From a virus (lineage: Duplodnaviria > Caudoviricetes): a DNA stretch of 64,000 nucleotides. The position numbers were made by a program, and so were the translations under genes. Below, piece by piece: positions 56,141 through 64,000 of the stretch (its first letter is position 1; each line of letters begins with the position of its first letter). Where the stretch lies: positions 865-64,864 of IMG/VR virus record IMGVR_UViG_3300005937_000267; one strand, written 5' to 3'. Below the pieces are notes generated by a model that had not been told where the DNA came from, did no database searches, and saw only the letters and a program-made list of their open reading frames with translations.

Positions 56141-56387
56141 GCTTCGATGCCCGACCAAGCTGCATGGGATCATCCGGGGCGGAGTCCTGGAGATCAAGTG
56201 TCGGTCGAGCCGCTGCGGCGCTGGTTCGGACGTGGTCGTGCTGCACCAGTTCAGCATCCTTACGGGTGAGTTGATCAAGACCCTCAGATTCAGAGAACCT
56301 CGGATCAGAGAGCGCCAGACGCCGTCCGACGACAGCAAAGGACGGCAGCATGCCTCTCTCGACAGCAATTCCCTACGGCATCCGTGA
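56133..56387 (+). CDS. Small Cys-containing protein
   Basis: LRCPTKLHG...EIKCRSSRCG. Confidence 0.5.
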   Translation: MTELRCPTKLHGIIRGGVLEIKCRSSRCGAGSDVVVLHQFSILTGELIKTLRFREPRIRERQTPSDDSKGRQHASLDSNSLRHP

Positions 56388-56904
56388 CATCAAGGTCACC
56401 GGGTACGACGACGCCGAGGGTACCGATCTCTCAGCCACCTCAGTCGATCTTCCCTACGCTCGCACGCTGAGCTGGACAGAGACCGAGGACTTCGAGGAGC
56501 TTCGAGGCGACGACCAGATCATCACGACCAAGGGCAAGGGTCCCGAGGTCGAGTGGGAGCTGGAGGCCGGCGGTCTGTCGCTTCCCGCGCTCAAGATCAT
56601 CGACGGCGGAACGCTCACCGAGAGCGGGACTACTCCAGCCATCAAGATCACCTACGCCAAGCTGGTCACCGAGTCCAAGCCTTTCTTCAAGCTGGAGGGC
56701 CAAGTAATCAGCGACTCGGGCGGCGACGTGCACTTGGTGATGGATCGCTGCCGGGCCTCAGGCGACTTCGAGGGCGAGTTCACCGACGGCGAGTTCTTCC
56801 TCACCGCGTGCGCCGGGGTGGCGCTCGGATCCCGGATCACTGGCCGCGAGGGAACCGTCTTCGAGTTCATCCAGAACGAGACCGCCGACGCCATCGGCGC
56901 ATAA
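56350..56904 (+). CDS. Major tail (tube) protein
   Basis: 184 aa; PYGIRDIKV, ELRGDD hairpin, precedes chaperones and tape measure. Confidence 0.85.
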   Translation: MPLSTAIPYGIRDIKVTGYDDAEGTDLSATSVDLPYARTLSWTETEDFEELRGDDQIITTKGKGPEVEWELEAGGLSLPALKIIDGGTLTESGTTPAIKITYAKLVTESKPFFKLEGQVISDSGGDVHLVMDRCRASGDFEGEFTDGEFFLTACAGVALGSRITGREGTVFEFIQNETADAIGA

Positions 56905-56932
56905 CAAACGATCAAAGGACCAGGAGCACCAG

Positions 56933-57556
56933 ATGCCGTCCACAGCCAAGAAGACATCAGCAGCACCACAGAAGCGGGCACCCCGCAAGCGAACGGCAGC
57001 GACCGTCGCCGAGGCACCTCCTCCTTCATCGCCTAACGGCGACAGGTACGCGCCGAGCACGTGGGGTGCGGTTTCCGCCTATGAGGATCTCGTAGTGCCG
57101 TCCGGACAGATGTGCTTGGTCCGTAAACCGGGACTAGAGGGTCTGATCAAGGCGGGAATCGTCAGTAACTTCGACACGCTCACCAGGATCGTCAGCGATC
57201 AGGCCGAGCGGCTGAAGACCGGCAAGGAGCCGGAGTCTGACGAGTCGATCATCCGGGGGGTGATGGATAGTCCCGAGCGTCTGGCTGAGATAATCCGCGT
57301 CATCGATAAGATCGTGATCTACGTGGTGGTGAAGCCCGAGATCCAAGCCGCGCCGAACGACATCACCAACCGGAAGTCGGGCGTGATCTACTCGGACATG
57401 GTCGACATCGACGACAAGATGTTCATCATGAACTACGCGCTCGGCGGGGTGCGCGATCTCTCTCGATTTCGTGAGCAACACGAGTCAGCTATGGCAAGCG
57501 TGGGTGATCAGTCAGCGACTGAGGATCAGACCGAGCCAGTTGTGCGGGATTCATGA
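56933..57556 (+). CDS. Tail assembly chaperone (G)
   Basis: Between major tail and tape measure. Confidence 0.75.
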   Translation: MPSTAKKTSAAPQKRAPRKRTAATVAEAPPPSSPNGDRYAPSTWGAVSAYEDLVVPSGQMCLVRKPGLEGLIKAGIVSNFDTLTRIVSDQAERLKTGKEPESDESIIRGVMDSPERLAEIIRVIDKIVIYVVVKPEIQAAPNDITNRKSGVIYSDMVDIDDKMFIMNYALGGVRDLSRFREQHESAMASVGDQSATEDQTEPVVRDS

Positions 57557-57758
57557 TGATCTTGAAGCATGGGCGTTCGATCGAGCGGCATGGCTTCTGG
57601 CCGTCGAGATCGAAGCCGATCTTGACAAGATCAAGGGCAAGAACGAGAAAGCAGTAGCGCAGAGACGATCACAACGACTCCACAAGTGGCTAGGCGGAGC
57701 TGAGGACACCACGGGGAGATTCAAAGATCCAGTACCTGGGATGGTGAGGAGAGGCTGA
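57471..57758 (+). CDS. Tail assembly chaperone extension (T), probably read via +1 frameshift
   Basis: Overlaps G in the +1 frame directly after TTT-C at 57467-57470. Confidence 0.65.
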   Translation: MSNTSQLWQAWVISQRLRIRPSQLCGIHDDLEAWAFDRAAWLLAVEIEADLDKIKGKNEKAVAQRRSQRLHKWLGGAEDTTGRFKDPVPGMVRRG

Positions 57759-57764
57759 GCTCCG

Positions 57765-60700
57765 ATGGCCAATTATGATCTTGGTACTGCTCGGGGCGTC
57801 ATTGAGCTTGACTACAAGGGTGACGGTCCTAAGCAAGCTCAGCGAGATATGGACGACCTCACTAAGAGGTCGCGCAGCGCGGGGGAAGCTTTCAGCCAAG
57901 CGGGCGGCTCCATGCAGAAAGCCGGAGCCGCCATCGGCGCCGGCGTCGCCGTAGCCGCCAAGAGCGCCGCTGACTTCGAGGCGCGCATGTCCGCCGTCAA
58001 GGCGGTATCTGGGGCCAGCGCCCAGGAGATGGAGCAGCTCACCCAGAAGGCTCTACAGCTCGGCAAGGAGACGAAGTTCTCGGCGTCTGAGGGCGCTCAG
58101 GCGATCGAGGAGCTGGTCAAGGCAGGCATCGCCGTACCCGACGTGATGAACGGCGCAGCGGACGCCACAGTGGCGCTGGCGGCGGCCGGGGAGCTTGAGC
58201 TTCCGAGGGCAGCTGAGATCGCTGCTAACGCGATGAACCAGTTCAAGATCAGCGCCCAGGACATGCCACACATCGCCGACGTCTTGGCAGGCGCGGCCAA
58301 CGCGTCAGCGGTGAGCGTCCAAGATCTCGGAGAGTCGCTTAACTACGTCGGCCCGGTGGCGCACTCGGCGGGAGTCAGCTTCGACGACACCGCCGCCGCG
58401 CTCGCGATCTTGGGCAACAACGGCATCAAGGGATCGGCTGCTGGAACGGCGCTGCGCGGGGTCCTGCTGGGTCTGACCCCGACCACCGACAAGCAGAAGA
58501 AAGCCTTCAAAGAACTTGGACTGGTCACCAAGGACGGCGCTAACCTCTTCTACGATGCCGAGGGCAGGGTCAAGCCGCTCAACGAAGTCATCCAGATCTT
58601 GCACGACAAGACCAAGGGTCTGTCGGCGCAAGAGAAGGCGACCTTCTACGAGGGCGCCTTCGGTCGCAACGCCATGACCGCGGCGACGATCTTGGGTGGC
58701 GAGACTTCTGAGTCGTTCCTCAAGATGGCCGCCTCGATGAGAGAAGTCTCGGCCGCCGACGTCGCCGCCGCTCGACTAGACAACTTCAAAGGATCTCTGG
58801 AGCAGCTGAAGGGCTCTCTCGAGACTTTCATGATCATCGCGGGCACGCCGCTGATCAACTCGTTCCGCGGGATCGTCGACGGCATCACCGAGTTCATCAA
58901 CAAGCTTCTGGAGATCGATCCTCGGATAGTCGAGGTGGGGGCTAAGATCGCGGTCTGGTCAGCAGGGATCTTGGTCGCAGTTGGAACGATCATGAAGATC
59001 GTCGGCGCGATTGCTCGGTTCGTCGAGGCGCTACGAACGATCATGAGCATCGCTGCCGTGTCGACCGTGATCAGAGGTATCGGGGGCGCGCTGGCAGCGC
59101 TGGCCACCGGTCCGTGGGGGATCATCATCGCGGCAGTCGCCGCTCTGGTCACCGCATTCATCGGGCTGTACACCCACAACGAGAAGTTCAAAGCTTTCAT
59201 CGACGGAATCGTTCGGGTGATCAAGGAAGTCGCGGTCAAAGCTTTTGATCAATTAGTTCGCGGAGTCAAGGCGTTCTGGGAAGTCCTGAAAGGCGAGGGA
59301 ACTACTACCACGGGCGGCTTCGTCGGCTTCATGGAGCAGCTCGCGGTGTTCGTCAAACCCGTGGTAGACGCGCTCAAGGAGCTGTGGGAGGTCTGGAAGA
59401 CCACCATCTGGCCGATCTTGAAAGACGCAGCGTCTCAGGTCTGGCAGGCGCTCAAGCAGGCATGGGTGGAGATGTCTCCGGCGCTCAAAGAGCTATGGGC
59501 TGCGCTCAAGGAGCTGTGGACCGCGCTAGAGCCGATCCGGCAGCCGTTGTTCGACATTCTCGCAGTCGTTCTCAAGCTGGTCGCTGCCTTCTTGCTGTGG
59601 TCGGCCAAGATGAACATCGAGACGATCACCGCGCTGATCAAGCTATCTGCCGCGATCATGGAAAAGATGGCGCCAGCTATCAAGATCGCCGCCGACTTGG
59701 TCTCATTCATGATCAGCAACTTCGCCAACTTCGTGACCGCCATCGCTGGCGTGATCACCAAGCTCGTGGAGTTCGCGACTGCTGTCGTGCAGCACGTCAC
59801 CAGGGGCAGGGACGCGGCCTCCACCGGCATCACCTCGATCATCGGATTCTTCACGAACCTCGCCGCCAAGATCAGTGAGTTCGTCACCACTGCGCTTCAG
59901 AAATGGACCAATTTCTGGACCCAGTTCCGGGACAAAGCAACGCAGATCTGGGAGTCGGTCAAGACCGCGGTGCAGACTGGTTTCACCGCTGTCGGAACTG
60001 TCCTCACCACGGTCGGCAACACGATCAAGACTGCTTGGAATACTTTCTGGGAAGGGCTCAAGGGGATCGTCAGCACTGTCTGGACCACGATCAAGACCGC
60101 GGTGCAGACCGGGATCGATAGCGTTCGCACAGTGATCGCCACCGTATCTGCGGCGATCAAGGCGGCTTGGGACTCTTTCTGGAACCTATTCGGTCCTCCG
60201 GTGCGCGCTGCCTGGGAGTTAGTCAAATCGGTAGTGCAGCTCGGCATCGCTGCCGTGAAGCTCGTGATCGTCACCGTGCAGACCGAGATCAAGCAAGCTT
60301 GGGACGCTTTCTGGAACGGGTTGAAGACCACTCTGGGTCCGGTCTGGGAGCAGATCAAGTCCACGGTGAGCGCCGCCGTGACCGCCGTGAAGACCACCGT
60401 CACCTCAGCCTGGACCGCCATCCAGTCGGCTACCACGGCTGCTTGGAACAGCCTGAAGACCAACACCACCACGGTCTGGAACTCGCTCAAGGACGTGATC
60501 AACTCCGCGCTCAATACCGCTAAGGCCACGGTGCAGGCCGCGACCACCGCGATCAAGTCTGCCGTCGATACTGCGTGGAACGCCATCAAGTCTGCTACTA
60601 GCACCGCGTGGAACGCCATCAAGAGCGCCGTAGAGGGTCCGCTGAACGCGCTCAAGGGCACCGTGCAGTCAGCGGTCGGCGCCGTACGGTCCGCCGTCGA

Positions 60701-62033
60701 GGGTGCTTGGAATCAGATCCGCAGTACGACTCAGTCAGTCTGGAACTCGATCAAGAGCGCTGTCTCTAGCGCAGTCAACGCGATCAAGAGCGCCGTGACT
60801 CCGGGACTGAACTCGGTGCGAGACACCGTCAAGCAGGCGTGGGAAGCGGTGAAGACCGCTACCACCGAAGCCTGGGGTAAGCTCTCCTCGATCGTCAAGA
60901 CCGAAGTCGACAAGATCACCGGTATCGTGAGTAAGATCAAAGATACCGTGGTGAACGCCATGAAGGGCGCCGGTCAGTGGTTGCTGCAGGCCGGTAAAGA
61001 TCTCGTGCAGGGCTTCATCGACGGCATCACCTCCAAGCTCGGAGAAGCCAAAGCCAAGGTGGACGAGCTGACCGCCACGGTGAAGCGCGCCACCGAGGAG
61101 AAGCTCAAGCTAGGCTCCCCGTCCAAGATCTTCTTCCAATACGGGTCGTTCACCGTACAGGGCTACATCGACGGAATCGACAGTCTGCTCGCCAGCGCCA
61201 AGACCAAGATCGAGGAGCTAGCGAAGATCGTCTTACAGGCCACTAAGGAGAAGCTCAAGCTCGGCTCACCGTCAAAGTTCTTCTTCCAGTTCGGCGAGTT
61301 CACGGTCCAGGGGTACATCGACGGCATCGACAGCCTGCTGGGCTCGGCGCGCGCCAAGCTCGAGGAGTTCGTCGGGATCGTCAAGCACGCGGTCGAAGAG
61401 AAGCTGAAGCTCGGCTCGCCCTCCAAGATCTTCTTCAACTTCGGCGAAGACACCATTAGGGGGTACATCGACGGGCTGGAGAAGTACATCCCTCAGGCGC
61501 AGCAGATCATGCAAGAGCTAGGCGCGGTATGGCCGCAGGTCGCCGACACCGTCAAGAGCTCCATGGACTCGATCATCAACAGCCTGCGAAACGGGGACAT
61601 CAAAGGCGCCGTCACCCAGGTCATCGACTCGCTGAAGCCGCTGTCTAGCACGCTGCGGAGTATGAACATCCAAGATCAGTTCAACGACATCGCGGACAAG
61701 CTCGGCGGATCTGCCCGGCAGATCAGAGGTCAGCTACAGCCGCTGACGCAGGCGCTCAGAGTCAGCCTCAGTGAGCTAGAGGCCAAGCAGATCGCCCAGC
61801 AGATGGCGCCGCTAGCCAAGAGCATGCAGGGCAAGTCGATAGGCGACGTGATCGGCATGGTGCAGCAGCGATTCCCGCAGATCAACATCCCACCAGTCCA
61901 GGTACCACCCACGCAATTCCCACAAAAGATGATCTTGAAGGTCGGTGATCGGGAGTTCGAAGCCTACGTCGATGATCGCGCCGACGCACTACTAGGTAAA
62001 GCGGCCGCGCTGCTGTCGCGAGGGAGGAAGTGA
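57765..62033 (+). CDS. Tape measure protein
   Basis: 1422 aa; FEARMSAVKAV, TKFSASE, GIKGSAAGT, LDNFKGSLEQL; Trp-periodic repeats. Confidence 0.95.
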   Translation: MANYDLGTARGVIELDYKGDGPKQAQRDMDDLTKRSRSAGEAFSQAGGSMQKAGAAIGAGVAVAAKSAADFEARMSAVKAVSGASAQEMEQLTQKALQLGKETKFSASEGAQAIEELVKAGIAVPDVMNGAADATVALAAAGELELPRAAEIAANAMNQFKISAQDMPHIADVLAGAANASAVSVQDLGESLNYVGPVAHSAGVSFDDTAAALAILGNNGIKGSAAGTALRGVLLGLTPTTDKQKKAFKELGLVTKDGANLFYDAEGRVKPLNEVIQILHDKTKGLSAQEKATFYEGAFGRNAMTAATILGGETSESFLKMAASMREVSAADVAAARLDNFKGSLEQLKGSLETFMIIAGTPLINSFRGIVDGITEFINKLLEIDPRIVEVGAKIAVWSAGILVAVGTIMKIVGAIARFVEALRTIMSIAAVSTVIRGIGGALAALATGPWGIIIAAVAALVTAFIGLYTHNEKFKAFIDGIVRVIKEVAVKAFDQLVRGVKAFWEVLKGEGTTTTGGFVGFMEQLAVFVKPVVDALKELWEVWKTTIWPILKDAASQVWQALKQAWVEMSPALKELWAALKELWTALEPIRQPLFDILAVVLKLVAAFLLWSAKMNIETITALIKLSAAIMEKMAPAIKIAADLVSFMISNFANFVTAIAGVITKLVEFATAVVQHVTRGRDAASTGITSIIGFFTNLAAKISEFVTTALQKWTNFWTQFRDKATQIWESVKTAVQTGFTAVGTVLTTVGNTIKTAWNTFWEGLKGIVSTVWTTIKTAVQTGIDSVRTVIATVSAAIKAAWDSFWNLFGPPVRAAWELVKSVVQLGIAAVKLVIVTVQTEIKQAWDAFWNGLKTTLGPVWEQIKSTVSAAVTAVKTTVTSAWTAIQSATTAAWNSLKTNTTTVWNSLKDVINSALNTAKATVQAATTAIKSAVDTAWNAIKSATSTAWNAIKSAVEGPLNALKGTVQSAVGAVRSAVEGAWNQIRSTTQSVWNSIKSAVSSAVNAIKSAVTPGLNSVRDTVKQAWEAVKTATTEAWGKLSSIVKTEVDKITGIVSKIKDTVVNAMKGAGQWLLQAGKDLVQGFIDGITSKLGEAKAKVDELTATVKRATEEKLKLGSPSKIFFQYGSFTVQGYIDGIDSLLASAKTKIEELAKIVLQATKEKLKLGSPSKFFFQFGEFTVQGYIDGIDSLLGSARAKLEEFVGIVKHAVEEKLKLGSPSKIFFNFGEDTIRGYIDGLEKYIPQAQQIMQELGAVWPQVADTVKSSMDSIINSLRNGDIKGAVTQVIDSLKPLSSTLRSMNIQDQFNDIADKLGGSARQIRGQLQPLTQALRVSLSELEAKQIAQQMAPLAKSMQGKSIGDVIGMVQQRFPQINIPPVQVPPTQFPQKMILKVGDREFEAYVDDRADALLGKAAALLSRGRK
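61010..61490 (+). repeat. 150-bp (50-aa) tandem repeat in tape measure
   Basis: KLKLGSPSK starts at 61101, 61251, 61401; G[FY]IDG at 61012, 61162, 61312, 61462. Confidence 0.9.
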
Positions 62034-62037
62034 TCTT

Positions 62038-64000
62038 GTGGCGACGTTGACCGACGCCTCTGCCGACGGCAAGCTGCAGGCCCGCTATCTCAATGATCGG
62101 CGCGGGGTGGCGCTGCGAGCCAAGTACGGCGCCGGTCAGATCCTGCTGCAGCAGGACTTCGAGCCGCTCGGCTCTGTCACCTACGGCGACGTGACGCTGA
62201 CCCCGCAGGTACGCGGCTCAGCGACCACCTGGGGATCTGGTACCTCGCTGAACGTTCCGCTGCCGTCTGGCTGGCAACCCGGCGATCTGTGCATCATCGC
62301 GCATACCATGCTGGCGAGCGCTCCTAGCGTCAACACTCCCAGCGGCTGGTCACTGCGCGAGCAGAAGGTCTCCGCGACGAACTCTAACGAGGTGCTCAGC
62401 ATCTTTCGCCGTGAGCTACAGGCCGGCGACGGCTCGGTGGCGTTCACCTTCGCCTCCGGGCGGCACGCGTTCATCAGCGTCGCTATCTATGATCATGAGC
62501 CGGGAGCACCGGAGGACGCGTCGTCGGAATCGGACAGCAACTCCGGGGTGACCGGCGCGAGCGTTCGGGCGCCGTCGATCACCACGGTCCGCGACACCGC
62601 TCTGCTGCTGACTTTCCACGCTGTGCGCAATGGAACTAGCGGCGTCACCAACATGAGCTTCACAGCTCCACCGGGTATGACTGAGGTGGCAGAGATCACC
62701 AGCGCCTCCACCTCGTCCAATACCGCGATCGAGTGCGCCAAACAGGAGCTGACTGTCGCTGGCGCTACCGGCTCCAAGATCGCTACGCTGGCCGGGTCCA
62801 CGATCACCAGCATCGACCGGGTCGGCGCTACCGTGGCAGTCCGTCCGCGCGGGCAGTCCTCAGCGCTGCCGATGGCGGGAGCCGCTGCCTGGAAGCACAT
62901 CGGGATCGCCGGACCGCACAAGATTATCTATGACGTACCGGGTACTGCGTCGGTGCCGATCCAGTGGTGTGGACTGATCATGAAATCCAACGACACGCCG
63001 ATCACCGTGAACGCGTCGATCGCCGCCATCCGGTCTGAGGTCGGGGTCCCGTCGTTGCCCGCCGTGGTGCCCGTCGTGCGATCTTCAGACAAGTATGGCT
63101 CCACGGCGTCTGAGACCTCGTCGACTATCCCGTTGCCGCCTGGCTGGCAACCTGGTGATCTCTGCTACATCTCCTATGTGCTGTCAGGCACGTCAGTGGT
63201 GACCACGGTGCCCACTGGCTGGACGGCAGTGGTACCGGAGTTCTACGCCACTGGATCGACCGGGGCTTCGCATGGAACGATCAAGAGAATTTTGCAGGCC
63301 GGGGACACCTCGGTCGCGATCAGTCACACCAGCGGCAGGTTCTCAGCGATCAGCGTGGCGATCTACGGTCACGACCCGACCACTCCTGAAGACGTCACCC
63401 CGACCACGACCAGCGTCGCGGCGGGGTCGATCTCGTCAGTCCTCTCGCCGGCGATCTCTCCGGTCTCCAGCGACGTGCTGCAGCTCACCTTCCACTGCGC
63501 GAGAAACTTGGTCACTAACGTCACTAACATGGCCTGGTCTCCGCCATCGGCGATGACTGAGGTCAACGACGTCACGTCGACTTCGACGTCGACGAACACC
63601 ACGATGGAGGTCGCGCAGCGAACTCTGAGCAGCCCGTCAGGAAACAAGTCGGCGGGACTGACCGGCAGCGACTTGAGCAACGTCAACAGCTTGTCGAGCT
63701 CGATCTTGGTCCGGCCCGCTGATCTTGGCACCCCAGCGGTATCCGGGGTCCCATCGGTCGCTGCCACTGCGCCGTTCAACGTTCCGGCGAACTCGGTCGT
63801 AGCGGTATTGATCAGCTACAACGCGGACTCCGGGGACGCCGCCGGGGAGAAGATCACCGTCACCAATAACAAGAGCTTGACGGTGACTAAAGCGGTGGAG
63901 CGGGCGCACTTGGAGGGCGGCGCCAATGGCGGCGCAGCGATCGCGTACATGATCAGCTCTGGCGCGCAGACCGGCTTGGTCGTCACCGCGACGATCAGCG
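62038..64000 (+). CDS. Large minor/distal tail protein with internal domain duplication (3' truncated)
   Basis: GTG after tape measure, open to window end; LP[SP]GWQPGDLC occurs at about 62260 and 63130. Confidence 0.7.
   Translation, partial: MATLTDASADGKLQARYLNDRRGVALRAKYGAGQILLQQDFEPLGSVTYGDVTLTPQVRGSATTWGSGTSLNVPLPSGWQPGDLCIIAHTMLASAPSVNTPSGWSLREQKVSATNSNEVLSIFRRELQAGDGSVAFTFASGRHAFISVAIYDHEPGAPEDASSESDSNSGVTGASVRAPSITTVRDTALLLTFHAVRNGTSGVTNMSFTAPPGMTEVAEITSASTSSNTAIECAKQELTVAGATGSKIATLAGSTITSIDRVGATVAVRPRGQSSALPMAGAAAWKHIGIAGPHKIIYDVPGTASVPIQWCGLIMKSNDTPITVNASIAAIRSEVGVPSLPAVVPVVRSSDKYGSTASETSSTIPLPPGWQPGDLCYISYVLSGTSVVTTVPTGWTAVVPEFYATGSTGASHGTIKRILQAGDTSVAISHTSGRFSAISVAIYGHDPTTPEDVTPTTTSVAAGSISSVLSPAISPVSSDVLQLTFHCARNLVTNVTNMAWSPPSAMTEVNDVTSTSTSTNTTMEVAQRTLSSPSGNKSAGLTGSDLSNVNSLSSSILVRPADLGTPAVSGVPSVAATAPFNVPANSVVAVLISYNADSGDAAGEKITVTNNKSLTVTKAVERAHLEGGANGGAAIAYMISSGAQTGLVVTATIS

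Noticed and set aside
61010-61490. Tape-measure 50-aa repeats as a novel element
   Set aside because: SPSK-type repeats are ordinary tape-measure features
1-64000. Integrase, attP or tRNA genes
   Set aside because: No tyrosine or serine recombinase motifs and no cloverleaf with T-arm consensus noticed by eye; a small gap outside the window cannot be excluded

Overview
Nearly complete genome of a GC-rich actinobacterial siphovirus. The window is probably circularly permuted, since the minor-tail gene running off the right end appears to continue at the left end. Layout: + strand minor tail and lysis genes (1-6865); a convergent terminator; a long - strand early/replication arm (7014-35527); an AT-rich, largely non-coding strand-switch region (35520-36500); a + strand accessory island (36506-43714); and a + strand packaging, head and tail module (43895-64000). 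The early arm carries a primase-helicase, PolA, SNF2 helicase, a Sak4/exonuclease/SSB trio, an RNA polymerase alpha-CTD mimic and a T4-like cytosine hypermodification set. No integrase, tRNA or CRISPR array was seen. Most striking: (1) ORF 39696-40073 is a membrane-anchored CxxC...CxxC protein whose loop is built from synonymously recoded, in-frame copies of peptides from the phage's own SSB-like protein and major tail protein. (2) Just downstream, an FtsK/TraB-like ATPase is followed by a second TerS/TerL pair whose TerL has lost both Walker A Lys and Walker B Glu. (3) A dCMP hydroxymethylase, a T4 beta-glucosyltransferase-like enzyme and an aberrant C5-methyltransferase co-occur. All product calls rest on motif recognition by eye; no database searches were run.
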